Origin: a virus | Strand: one strand, 5' to 3' | DNA length: 50,155 nt | IMG/VR virus record: IMGVR_UViG_3300045125_000156 | The notes under the pieces: generated by a model | What the model saw: the letters and a program-made list of their open reading frames with translations, nothing else | The model's database searches: none | What the model was told of the DNA's origin: nothing | Shown here: piece by piece, positions 20,718 to 30,561 of the stretch | Layout: the number at the start of each line of letters is the position of its first letter | How positions within the stretch are numbered: position 1 is the stretch's first letter | Position numbers and translations under genes: made by a program

Positions 20718-21017
20718 TCATTTTCCATCGAGCTCCTCCCTCACGGCAGCGCGCACTGCGGTGTCAACCGCCACGACGAAGCCGTCGTCGGTCGTGCAAA
20801 GCGCTACCCTTTCACGCCCGCGTAATTGCGGAAAAAGAGCGACGTCTTCTTCTTCGACGCGCCACCAGCGAACGCCATCTTCCGAGAGCCCGTCTTCCCG
20901 TCGAATTGATCGAAGTACGGGACGTACGGTTCTTCCCCTTGATACTTGCCGGGGCGCCTTACTTCCTCGGCAAAAAAATCGACGTCCATGCGCTTCCTCC
21001 CACACGGCGGCCAGCAT
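20718..21017 (-). CDS. hypothetical protein coupled to the first array unit
   Basis: Its stop overlaps the ATG at 20728; ends AVRAAVREELDGK; true start may be 20989 (GGAGG RBS) with an indel. Confidence 0.45.
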   Translation of the reverse strand: MLAAVWEEAHGRRFFCRGSKAPRQVSRGRTVRPVLRSIRREDGLSEDGVRWWRVEEEDVALFPQLRGRERVALCTTDDGFVVAVDTAVRAAVREELDGK

Positions 21018-21144
21018 TCAGCTTTTCACGCCGTGGAAATGACCGCCGAAAGGCCGAACGCCGCGCCCAAGCACGCAATCCCTCACCCCATGTGAGAAAT
21101 TTCTTGGGCGCGGCGAGTCGGCTCTTCGGCCGAGAAACAGGTTG

Positions 21145-22168
21145 TTAGGTACGAACTTCCAGCTGGAGCTCATCCGGCTGGAGGCCGAAGGTCCAGGCGT
21201 TCGCCGCCCGGGCCGTTGTCATCTCCGCCGGCACCGGCAGGACGAAGGTCCTCCCCGTGCCGCAGAGCACCTTGAGGAACCGCGAACGGCTACCCTCAAG
21301 ATCGACTTCGAGGAGCACGCCGATCTGCGGATCGGCCGTCCGCATCGATCGTCGTCGGCTGCAGGAGGTCGAGCACCTTCTGCCAGCCGATGATCTCGGC
21401 CGCACATCGCCGGAGCTCGATGTTCTCGTGCTCCCAGCGCGACCCGAGGGTCGAGCCCCGAGGGGTTCTCGATCCACTCGCGAGGCACCCTCGTCCCTCG
21501 CCAGTAATGAAGGCACCAGCCGTCCGGCCACGAGATGGCCGGCCCCGTCTCGCCGTGCAGGCGGCCCTGCACGTCTCGCGTCAGAATGCACGGGCGCTCG
21601 GTAGCGACCGTGAATTCGTGGTGCGCCCACCACCACCCGCACGAAGAGTCGACGTCTTCGCGCGGGCCGACGGGGATGTCGGAGACGTCGAGGATGTCGC
21701 GGATGAACGTGGCCCACGCGGTGAATGAGCACCACCAGGCCCCGCCGCTGTAGCGGGACCAGGCGTTCCTCACCGCCGACGCCGGGTTGAGGCGCTGCAG
21801 CGCCTCTTCGCCGTCGTCACCCACGAGGGCCACCGCCGTGAGGACCTCGCGGATCACCCGCGTGACCTCCGGCCGGAGCGCTTCGTTGGTGACGAAGCGC
21901 GCGACGAACGCCGGCACGTGCTCGCGCACGTCGCCCTTGACGTTCTCCACGATCAGCGCGCTCGCCGGCGCGGCGAGCGCCGTCACGATCGGGGACCCCG
22001 ACCAGACGATCGCCTTGGGCGGCGTGAGCCTCGCCGCCTCGTAGTGGGCGATGATGCCGCGCTCAGCGCGCGGCCGGTCGGCCGGAGCCGTCGACAGGCC
22101 GACCTGGATGTACTTGTCGACCCAGCCGGCGATCTGGGCCTTTTGTGCGTCCGTGATATTGGTAATCA
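21145..22168 (-). CDS. DUF6745-domain protein (frameshifted)
   Basis: GLSTAPADRPRAE...IVWSGSP...CGWWWAHHEFTVATERP..LTRDVQGRLHGETGPAISWPDGWCLHYWRGTRVP...LKVLCGTGRTFVLPVP..TARAANAWTFGL. Confidence 0.85.
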
Positions 22169-22508
22169 TTTCAGTCCTCCACCGCCCGGAAACCTTCCGG
22201 GGTGTATTCACGCTGCCGACGAATCTCCCAGACGCCCGCCGCCAACATGACGGGGCGTGCGTGTCGATGAGGCCGTGCGTGCACGACCTCGCGCGGCTCA
22301 CTGAGCCGCAAGAAAAGCCTCAAGGGGTCCGGCCCCTTGAACAGTTCCACCCCTCCACGGGGAGGGTGTGGTGGTTGCCGTTGACGCTCAAAGCGACAAC
22401 GAATCGCCCACCCGTCGGGGCGACGGGGTTGAGGTTGCTGGGGAGTTCCGGAATTCTCCGGAACAACAGATCCCCTTGCGCTGCCATTGTCGAAATCATC
22501 ATCATCAT
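22165..22508 (-). CDS. QGD-motif small protein of the type commonly adjacent to DUF6745 (frameshifted)
   Basis: AAQGDLLFRRIPELP...GNHH...H...GVWEIRRQREY. Confidence 0.6.
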
Positions 22509-22514
22509 TCTCCT

Positions 22515-22694
22515 TCAATCGGTTCGTTCACGTCGCTCTGATCGTACCCCGTGAGAATTCTCGGGCCGATATCGCGACAGCTTTTCGCGTTTGCAATCTT
22601 CGCAAACGCGGCACAGAGGAATCCTCTGCGCGTCGTGAGCCCACCAGGAGGGCTTGGTCGACACGGTGCCACCTACACACAGGTGCTCACGCAT
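22515..22694 (-). CDS. small Cys-containing hypothetical protein
   Basis: MREHLCVGG...WWAHDAQRIPLCRVCEDCKREKLSRYRPE. Confidence 0.5.
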   Translation of the reverse strand: MREHLCVGGTVSTKPSWWAHDAQRIPLCRVCEDCKREKLSRYRPENSHGVRSERRERTD

Positions 22695-23745
22695 CCTTGT
22701 ACCCTTTTCTTTAATAATTTTCGACTGCGGGCGCGCCCAGGCCCCGCACGACACTTGGCAGACCGTTGACCAGCGGGTCTTCGCACTGAAAAGATCGACC
22801 CTATTTTTTATTTTTTCCACGCCCCCCTTGCGCCCCTTTTTGGGAGGGCTATAGTTCCTCTCGTTGACACGGTTGATGCCCCTCGTAGCCGAGTCGTCCG
22901 GTGAGGGTAGAGAGACACCAGCAGAACCCGTTTGCGGGATCATTTGGTCGATCGAAAGCCAGAAGCGCTTCTGGCTTGAGTGTCAGCTGGGGATCAGAGT
23001 CCCAAGACGGCGGCTGAGACAGCTCGGAGCGTCGAGAAGAAAGGTCAGTGCCCTAGGATCCAAGGGCCCTGGCCTTTCGCATTTCCTAGACCCCGGACTT
23101 CTGCGACGGGTGCAGCTCCCCCGAGCGCGGCTTGCCGTCGATCTGACGGTTGTACGCCTCCACCAGATCCAACGAGAAATCGTCTGGAATCCGGCACGAA
23201 TACCTCGAGGATCTGAAGCCCGTGCCGGGTCTTCCAGGGTAGGTGCCCGGGGCCTCCCCGTAGCGCACGTAGCGTACGAGCACGCTCCAGCCGCGCTCCT
23301 CCATCGACGCCTCAATCCCCTCGAACCACTCCTCTGGCGTCTCGTCCAGGAGTGGTTGCGATCACAAACTCATCGTCCTTGTCCATTCGGTTTCTCTTTC
23401 GGCTCCAGCCGATATGGCGTCAGATCCGCCTTCCGGGTTGATCTCCCAGAGCGCGACTTCGCGCTCGTGGATGTTCCTCTCCTCGTCGGAGTACTTGTAA
23501 CGGTTTCCCGTTTTCGTCAGTACCCCGCCATCGCGTAGCTCTGCGGAACACGGCTCCGAGCCAGTGAGCCCGGCCTTCGCCCGTGATGATCCCATCGGCG
23601 ATAAGCGCGTCCCACACTTCGCGGCTGTGCACCGTGAGCTTGCGGAGTGCGATCTTCACCGCGTAGTGCATCCCCCACTGGATGTGCAGGGCTTGGTGGC
23701 CTGGAAGCCTCTCCATGGCCGCCCGCGTGCCCGTACCGGCGTCGG

Positions 23746-23998
23746 TCACGGGCCCTCCTCTGTGGTCTGATCGATGGCGAACTCTTCGCCGACATCGACG
23801 AGCACCACGTCCATTCCCATGAAGCGCTCACGGCTACACAAGAGATCGACGAAGTCGTAGTGAAACGCCAGCCGACTTTTGTGCAGCGCCTCGTCCACGT
23901 CACGCCGTAGGCGGATTGTGTTCGGCGGTTGGCCGTGTTTCTTGGAATACGCATTCAGGGCCTGCTCGATGGCAGCCCCCACCTTGGTTGCATCCCAT
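23746..23998 (-). CDS. hypothetical protein
   Basis: GGAAGGA RBS; stop overlaps the next start. Confidence 0.45.
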
Positions 23999-24105
23999 GC
24001 CGTTTCCTTCCTAAGACGACGGCCCCGGAAACCTCACGTTGCCTGCCGTGTGGTGTCCGAGGCCGTCTGGGTTTAGGGCTCCCATGGGCAGACTATCAGC
24101 TTTCT

Positions 24106-24468
24106 TCAGAAAGCCAAGTCTTCCATGAAGTCGACGATCTCTTTGGCCAGACAGGTGTCCGGGTCGCCGCATTTCACCTGGTGAAAAAACACCAGGAGGT
24201 CGGCGGCCATGCTGGCCTTGTCGCGCCCGCCGGGCGAATCCCACATGCCGCCCGGCCGAACGGCCTCCTGGATGTCCGCAAAGAGCGCCCGCAGCTCTGC
24301 GTCTTTGCAAAGAGAAAGGTACATTCCCAAGCCTGTCGGCGCCGCCAGATGGCGCTGCCGCAGGCGGTTGATGTACGCGAGAGCCTCAAGTTTTTCGGCC
24401 CGCGTGTTGAAGGGGACCGTCCACCCCGGCTCGCGAAGCATGATGTCGGTCTGCCGTTCGGACAACAT
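24106..24468 (-). CDS. hypothetical protein
   Basis: Intact 120-aa ORF with a plausible RBS. Confidence 0.55.
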   Translation of the reverse strand: MLSERQTDIMLREPGWTVPFNTRAEKLEALAYINRLRQRHLAAPTGLGMYLSLCKDAELRALFADIQEAVRPGGMWDSPGGRDKASMAADLLVFFHQVKCGDPDTCLAKEIVDFMEDLAF

Positions 24469-24785
24469 AACGATACCTTTCTTCCGCGCTGCCCTCGAAC
24501 GAATCGTTCCAGGTTTGAACGTCGCGGAGATCTACGATCGTAAGGCCTGTTTGGGCCTTGAGAAGGCGCCAAAGGGTTTGGCGCGCTTTGAGCTGGAGGT
24601 CGTCGTCTTCGGTGAAGTGCTCGCCTTCCAACTCCAAAATGTTTCTTGGATCGAGACAGCGCAGTCCCCACACGGGGCTCTGGCCCTCGACCTCCCCGGC
24701 GTATTCGGGGATGAACGCTCCAATCACGCAGAAGCTATCGCCTTCACGATAGCTCCCGCGTATGAAGCGGTTTGTCCGACAACCC

Positions 24786-25317
24786 TTTGAGCCGCCGGAC
24801 AAAGAACTCCCAATCAGCCGGCAAGCCCCATCTCCTTTCTGCACGTGTGGCAGGTGACGAGCTCGTCGTCTGCCGCTGGCGGAGTGGGCCTCGACGCAGT
24901 CGAAGTACCGGCAGCGCAGGAGGTCCTGCGCCTTGTCGGCGCCAACGGCGGGCCACGGAACGTGGTTGGAGCTGTAGGTCGTTCCCCCACGGGGGACCTC
25001 CAGCGCGAACCCGTCCTTGTTGATGACCATGCGCGGCGAACACGGGACGAGGTGCTCGCCCTTGCCAGCGTCGAGCGCTTCGACGCGCATGAAGCACGTC
25101 ACCCTGACAGACGTCGGACCATTCATCCTCGTCTGTCAGGGCGCCTATGTGCAGGATGCGCGTGAATCTCTCTGGGTTGAAGCTCAGGTTGAGCATTCGC
25201 GCGTCGGAGAAGAGCCCTCGTAGCCGGGACACGTCAGCGTAAGAAACCGGCGTCCGCGCAGATCTCCGCGCAGACGCCATACGCGTTGATACGAAAAACA
25301 AAATACCGGTTGTCCAT
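24786..25317 (-). CDS. hypothetical protein (frameshifted)
   Basis: ATG 25317 with GGAGG RBS, downstream of a GGTATAAG promoter-like motif near 25355. Confidence 0.45.
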
Positions 25318-25739
25318 GGATTCCTCCAGAGCCCACACGATTGAAGGCAAGGGCTTATACCTGCAACGCGTTTGATTTTTAATCATGGCGCGTAACGTAC
25401 TCGCATGAACACGCACACGTTTCACCCACGCCGAAACTCGCAGCGCTGCGTCGGCGAATACGCACAGAGCGCTCGAGCACCGAAACAAAGGCGCAGAGCT
25501 ATTGGTGCTCGCCGTGATCAAGCACCTGTGCGCCGTCTTTACGAGTACGAGGTGCACACGCATCATCGCAGGGGTTCTGGGGTGCACGTCCTGGCGTACT
25601 GGTCAGAGTTTTTTAAACTAACCCCAGACGCCCGCACGACAGAAGTACGCGCCCGCCTTGCCTATGCCTGAGAGACAAAAGTAGACTTTTACGTATCCCC
25701 TCAACTGGAGCCGTTTCTCGAATGAACCTCGATAAGCTG

Positions 25740-25995
25740 ATGAAGAAGCTGCCCCCGGATTTGCCGACGACGTGGCGAGTCTGGGCGAGCCCGGATTGAA
25801 GGACGTTGCGCTGCAGGCGGAGACGAACATCCGCCGGGTGGAGCAGGAGCGCGAAGGAGACGAGCGGCTCTCCGGGGCCAAGGAGGTCGTGCGGGACCTG
25901 AATGGCCCTACCGCGATGCCATCAACGCGCAGCGCGAAGATCGCATACGTGCTTTATCTGTTGGACGAGCGGGGTAAGCTCCCGAAGCCACGTGA
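25740..25995 (+). CDS. hypothetical helical protein (frameshifted)
   Basis: KDVALQAETNIRRVEQEREGDERLSGAKEVVRDL...AKIAYVLYLLDERG. Confidence 0.5.
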
Positions 25996-26168
25996 AAAAG
26001 TTTCTCGTGGAAGACAAAAACAGAACCCTGCTTGGGGAGTTTCAAGACATTCTCGACGCCATGGAGTTCTGTAAGAGTCAGGAAGACAGTCTCGTCATCC
26101 GCGTCGTCGATGGAGAGCGGACGGACATGACGTATCGGATAAAGGCGAGGCAGAATTTCACGAAGTGA
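25992..26168 (+). CDS. hypothetical protein
   Basis: GTG start MKKFLVEDKN...; converges on the gene ending at 26172. Confidence 0.4.
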   Translation: MKKFLVEDKNRTLLGEFQDILDAMEFCKSQEDSLVIRVVDGERTDMTYRIKARQNFTK

Positions 26169-26171
26169 AAG

Positions 26172-28203
26172 TCACTCTTTCACTTCCAGCTTGCTGCGCT
26201 GTTTGATGGCCTTCGGCGGAATGAGCAGGGGGTGCGTCTGCTTGGCGATCATGTCCTTGACGCCAAGAGGCTTATAGGTGTGCTTGCCGATCTGATAGCC
26301 GATTGTCCCGCCCACCACGGGCCCGAGCAGAGCCGCCGCCATCCCCCGACCAGGGGTCCTCAGGTGCTTACCAATAGCCGGAATCAGCGGCAACAAATTT
26401 CCAGCAAGACTTCCGATACGCCAGCCCCTGAATTTGCGCGAGCGGTCTTGACGTTGTTGGTTTTTCTTCGTGACGTCCCCGGACGCCGCATAGCCCGCGA
26501 GTGTCATGTCGTTAGATACCTGATCCGCAAATGCGTTGACGTCACCGTTGAACTTTGTCTCGGTTTCGTAGCGCATGTGATCGACATCAAATTTATTCTT
26601 GAGCGTTATCCCCAGGGGTGCTCGTAATCGAGCGTCCGCGTACGACCTTTCTGGTCGACGCTCGTACCGCCCATCCGGGCAACAACACGCTCCAAAAACT
26701 CTTCATTGCTCAAATTTTTCGAAGAGCCAAACTTCCGCAAGGGCCCCATCGCCGAAGCCTCTTGAAGCGCGCCCGCAATCTGATTGCTGAAACGCTCCTT
26801 TTCGGCCGACATGTTCTTCATGTACTCTTCGACGCTCTTGGGATCATCCTGCGCCGTGAGCCAACGAAGGCCTTTCATCACAGGCTCACTGGGGAGCGTG
26901 GTGATGTACCGCATGACCTTCACCTTCCGCTCGTGCCCGGGCAGGTGCTCATGGCTCTTGTAGCGGATGCCGCGCCCGATAACCTGGTTGATGCGCGACT
27001 CGTTCCAATGCGGCTCCATCAACTGAATGGCCTTGGTGCCCTTGAGGTCCAAGCCCTCTGATCCCGCCCCGAAACCAGCAACACCGGGATTTTGCCAGAG
27101 TTGTAGTCTTTCACCATCTGGTCGCGCTGCTTTTTTGAAACCTCGCCGGTGAAGACGTGGTGCGCGATACCCGACCGCTGTAGTGCGCGGCTCATGGGCT
27201 TCAGGCCGGCGTCGAGGTAGTTCGAGTAAACAACACCTCGGAAATTCGGGTCCTTGTCGTGCATCTCCTTGAGGTGCTTGGCCATCAGCTGAATCTTCGG
27301 CGTGTGTTTGTCCTCTTCTTCCTCCGTCATCCCCTGGACATAAGGCCGTGGCGTATTGGAGGCCTGCCGAAGTGCGCCTTGAAAGGCGTTGAGGTCGCGA
27401 GACTCTTGTTTGTTCAGGGGCAGCCCGGCTCGAATTTTTGCGCGCAGATACCAGGGCATTTTATTAGAGTGGTATTCGTACATCGCGTGCTGCTTGTCCG
27501 ACATCGGGACCGCGTGCTCGACGTCTTCCCGATCAGGAAAACCCGTGCCGCCGCCCGAATGAACATCCACATAGCCCTTAGCCGCACGGATCAAAGCCTC
27601 TCGGTTGATGAGTTTGGGGCGCGTTACCGTGTCGACGGGGTGCCCCAGGAGGCGGCCCTTGATGCGCTCTAAAAAAGGCGCTTCGACCGTTTCTTCCCCG
27701 ACGAAGGTCTTTTTGAACAGCGCCGGGTCATCCGGCAAAACCTTCTTCCCCGCCGCCGTGTTGAGCAGCATGGCGAGGTCGTAGGGCTGGTTGTAGACCG
27801 GCGTGCCCGTGAGCAGAAGCCGAGCCTTGGCCTTGGCTACCTGCCCGGCGACGTCTTTGGAGATCAGCGTCCCGGCGTTACGCGCCCGGTGTGCTTCGTC
27901 CATGATGGCGAGCGCGGCAAGATTGATGTTCTTGTCGCGGACGGCCTTTTCGTAAGAGCGAATGCGCGCGTCCTCGGGAACTTCATCGAGGTGCTTTTCG
28001 AGCTCTTTCTCGTAGTTAGCGACGAGCGGCGCGGGTACGACAGCCTCGATGGGTAGGCCAAGGGCGTCAGCGGCGGCGATGGACGAAAGCGTTTTACCGC
28101 TGCCAACGCCGTGTGCCACGAGCAACCCACCGGAAGCCTTGAGCTTGTCGATTACCCGCTGCTGGTGGGGCTGCAACGGGGTGCGAACGTCCGCGAGTTT
28201 CAC
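26172..28203 (-). CDS. SF2 (SNF2-like) helicase with N-terminal KLA motif and probable glycine-zipper C-terminal extension (frameshifted)
   Basis: AHGVGSGKT, IMDEAH, LTGTP, (G)LDLKG, EPHWN..RINQVIGRGIRYKSH; ORF 26172-26576 may be its tail or a separate gene. Confidence 0.85.
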
Positions 28204-28227
28204 GGAGTGAAGTATAGCAGTATGGGC

Positions 28228-28260
28228 AAAAAAAGAGGCCAGCCTGTTACAGCTGGCCTC
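28228..28260 (-). terminator. intrinsic terminator
   Basis: gaggccagc-tgtaaca-ggctggcctc-ttttttt. Confidence 0.8.
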
Positions 28261-28419
28261 CCGCCCTCGCCACGAGTGCTACATGCACATCATGGCGAGG
28301 ACGACGACCCCACGCGCCGAAGAGCACGACGCTCTCGACGACGAAGAGGGCCAGGTTCCTTGCATTGAGCTCAGGTTCCATAGGGGCCTCCTATGTACTT
28401 ATACCCGAATTGACCTCAG

Positions 28420-28632
28420 CTATTCGAACTTCAGTCGCCCGAACAGGGCCTGGATTTCGGCGGGGTCGCACTTGAAGATGATCTCCGGGCGCCCCTTCTC
28501 CCCCTCCCCTCGGGGGACTTTCCCCGCCTCCTTGAGCACCTTCGCCTCTCGTAGGAACTTGAATAGCCCGTAGGCAACTTCCCGTTCCACCTTGTTCAAC
28601 TGCACGAACTTTTTCAGCGTGATTTCTGCCAT
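28420..28632 (-). CDS. small winged-helix-like protein
   Basis: GGAGG RBS; KFLREAKVLKEAGKV....KGRPEIIF. Confidence 0.55.
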   Translation of the reverse strand: MAEITLKKFVQLNKVEREVAYGLFKFLREAKVLKEAGKVPRGEGEKGRPEIIFKCDPAEIQALFGRLKFE

Positions 28633-29280
28633 GGTTCCTCCGCGCGATTATCTCATCAAATCGCGCCTTTTCAAGTCTCAAGGGCGATCCGCGCCCCTTG
28701 CTCTGATACCCTGCTGCCCGTAACCACCGCCTCAACGCGTCAGGGCTGACCTTGTGGCGCGCGGCGGCCTCTTGAAGGGTCTCCCAATCCAGCCAGCGCT
28801 CAAAGGCTTCCCGCGCCTCGTCCCACTCGACGATTCGGTGCGGCTGCTCGCCCTCGAACTTGCGGAGGCGCAGCCTTACCCCCATCTGCTCCAGCACGCG
28901 CGTAACCGTGTCCCAGTGGTACCCGAGCTTGCGCGCGGCCTGCGCCACGGTGACATACCCCTGCCACCGGTCGGGCAATCCCAGGCGCCCGGCTCGGGCG
29001 TAGATGGAACACCAGGAGCGGCCGGGAAGTTTATGCCGCAAAAGACGCATGGAAGTGTCGGTCCAATAGTTGACCAGCACGGCGTCTTCTTCGGGCGTCC
29101 AGAACTTTCGCTGCCGCATACCCAAGGCCCGCGCTCGACGGTGAATGGCTTGTCGGTCGCGCGCAGGAAGCTTGTTCAGAAGCCGCGCCCAGACCTTGAA
29201 GTGCTCGGGCCTGGGCGTTGACTTCAATTGGAGGTAGTACCGCCGGACAATACGATCTTCTTTCGGCGGTCCAACGATTT
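28625..29280 (-). CDS. multi-HTH DNA-binding protein (Myb-like repeats + HTH)
   Basis: FWTPEEDAVL...LPGRSWCSIYARAGRLGL; VTVAQAARKLGY; TLQEAAARHKVSPDALRRWL. Boundaries approximate. Confidence 0.6.
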
Positions 29281-29527
29281 ACCAATCTTCTGGATTTCGT
29301 TGAAAGTACTTGATCTCCTTGAGCTTCTCCTTTAGTTCTCTTTCCGCCAGTTCCCATGTGAACCCCGTCTCCTCGATGAGGCGCTCCTCGGTGACAGATT
29401 CCCCGCAGACGTCTACCAGCTTGTCGATGCGCGGGCCATTGTCACCCTCGTCGTAAATGGCGACGAAGGCCTGCCCGTCCAAAAAGACGCAGTCTCTCTG
29501 CATATTCACCCCGTGAAAGAAGGCCGG

Positions 29528-29601
29528 TCGGCTCACCGGGACTTGAACCCGGGACTTCCCGATTATAAGTCGGGGGCTCTAACCAACTGAGCTATGAGCC
29601 G
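29528..29601 (-). tRNA. tRNA-Ile (anticodon UAU)
   Basis: Cloverleaf; anticodon loop CT-TAT-AA; GGTTCAAGTCC T-arm. Confidence 0.9.
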
Positions 29602-29604
29602 TTA

Positions 29605-29685
29605 TGCGAGCGGCGGGATTCGAACCCGCACGCCTTTCGGCAAGGGGTTTTAAGCCCCCGGCGTCTACCCTTCCGCCACGCTCGC
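29605..29685 (-). tRNA. tRNA-Leu (UAA)
   Basis: Long variable arm; loop CT-TAA-AA. Confidence 0.9.
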
Positions 29686-29689
29686 GAGA

Positions 29690-29760
29690 TTCAGGCGCTA
29701 GGATTCGAACCTAGATAGCGGGAACCAAAACCCCGCGTCCTGCCGTTAGACGACGCCTGA
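29690..29760 (-). tRNA. tRNA-Gln (UUG)
   Basis: U1 start; loop TT-TTG-GT. Confidence 0.8.
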
Positions 29761-29761
29761 G

Positions 29762-29834
29762 TGGACCTGACCGGGATCGAACCGGTGACATCCAGCTTGC
29801 AAAGCTGGCGCTCTCCCAACTGAGCTACAGGCCC
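29762..29834 (-). tRNA. tRNA-Ala (UGC)
   Basis: Loop TT-TGC-AA; G3:U70 pair in the acceptor stem. Confidence 0.9.
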
Positions 29835-29841
29835 TGAAGAT

Positions 29842-29913
29842 TGCGCGAGACAGGGATCGAACCTGCGACCCGGAGTGTGTAAGACTCCTGCTCTGCCGCT
29901 GAGCTACCCGCGC
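29842..29913 (-). tRNA. tRNA-Val (UAC)
   Basis: Loop CT-TAC-AC. Confidence 0.9.
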
Positions 29914-29916
29914 AAA

Positions 29917-29988
29917 AGCTGATGGTGGGATTTGAACCCGCAACCGCCGGTTTACAAAACCGGAGCTCTACCGTTGAGCTACATCAGC
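29917..29988 (-). tRNA. tRNA-Thr (UGU)
   Basis: Loop TT-TGT-AA. Confidence 0.9.
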
Positions 29989-30050
29989 AAAGCCCCGTAG
30001 TTGCCATCGTACGAGGCGCGACGACTCCTCCCTCGTTTGAGGGTGGCAAA

Positions 30051-30124
30051 TCAAGGCGGCAGGATTTGAACCTGCGACATCCAGCTCCCAAAGCTGGTGC
30101 ACTACCCGACTGTGCTACGCCCTG
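30051..30124 (-). tRNA. tRNA-Pro (UGG)
   Basis: Loop TT-TGG-GA. Confidence 0.9.
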
Positions 30125-30303
30125 GTTTTTATGGCTTCTCGGAGCGCGGCATGCGCCGTGTCAAGACGCTCAATGTTACCATCCGAGAGGCTCAAGGAAA
30201 GAGCTTCTCGGTATGCTACGAAAAGATCTGCGACGGATCGTCGCGCCGTCTCTTGCGGCCGATCGATCGGCGCGCCGTTCGCGTCCCATTCGGACGTTAT
30301 CAC
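30115..30303 (-). CDS. small hypothetical protein inside the tRNA cluster
   Basis: GTGA overlap with the upstream ORF; GGAGG RBS. Confidence 0.4.
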   Translation of the reverse strand: MITSEWDANGAPIDRPQETARRSVADLFVAYREALSLSLSDGNIERLDTAHAALREAIKTRA

Positions 30304-30461
30304 CGGACGCCCTCCGCCTGAATCGCCATCACCAGTTCGTAGGACAGCGCGGCAATCTCGACGAGGGTGTCGTGGTCGAGCTTGTCGATCTCGCTAGGGT
30401 CTCCCTCTTCGATGATTTCCGCGATTTTTCCGGCGATATCCTGAATCTCTTCCGTGTACAC
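30300..30461 (-). CDS. small acidic protein, paralog 1
   Basis: GAGG RBS, GTG start; MYTEEIQDIAGKIAEIIEEGDPSEIDKL... Confidence 0.7.
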   Translation of the reverse strand: MYTEEIQDIAGKIAEIIEEGDPSEIDKLDHDTLVEIAALSYELVMAIQAEGVR

Positions 30462-30472
30462 ATCTACCTCGG

Positions 30473-30553
30473 TGCGAGCGAGAGGACTTGAACCTCCACA
30501 CCTTGCGATACCAGATCCTAAGTCTGGCGCGTCTGCCATTCCGCCACGCTCGC
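30473..30553 (-). tRNA. tRNA-Leu (UAG)
   Basis: Loop CT-TAG-GA; long variable arm. Confidence 0.9.
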
Positions 30554-30561
30554 GTTGATAC

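Larger units (their letters stand above)
17160..20728 (-). repeat. tandem array of about 19 overlapping mini-genes of (D/G/R/A)-A-V-(N/Y/W/R/D) tetrapeptide repeats
   Basis: 12-bp repeat (GAC/GGC GCC GTG NNN) punctuated 18 times by the junction GAGGAAATCA-ATG-A(A/G)-TGA-CGTG; clean units read MNDVN...EEINE*. Confidence 0.9.

Noticed and set aside
17160-20728. CRISPR array interpretation of the regularly spaced junction repeat
   Set aside because: The intervening sequences are mostly 140-250 bp, self-similar 12-bp repeats rather than unique spacers. The junction encodes RBS, start and stop. No cas genes are visible.
17155-21148. Long plus-strand ORFs (HGVV-, TAS- and poly-Arg-rich, up to 388 aa)
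   Set aside because: These are antisense shadows of the repeat with no RBS. The minus strand has the RBS/ATG/stop logic and matches the orientation of flanking genes.
17160-22168. Diversity-generating retroelement
   Set aside because: No reverse transcriptase is visible in the window, and variation among units is not confined to adenines in a TR/VR pair.
22686-22712. Another copy of the GGGTACAAGGATG promoter core
   Set aside because: It overlaps the likely start codon at 22694, so its role is ambiguous; it was not counted.
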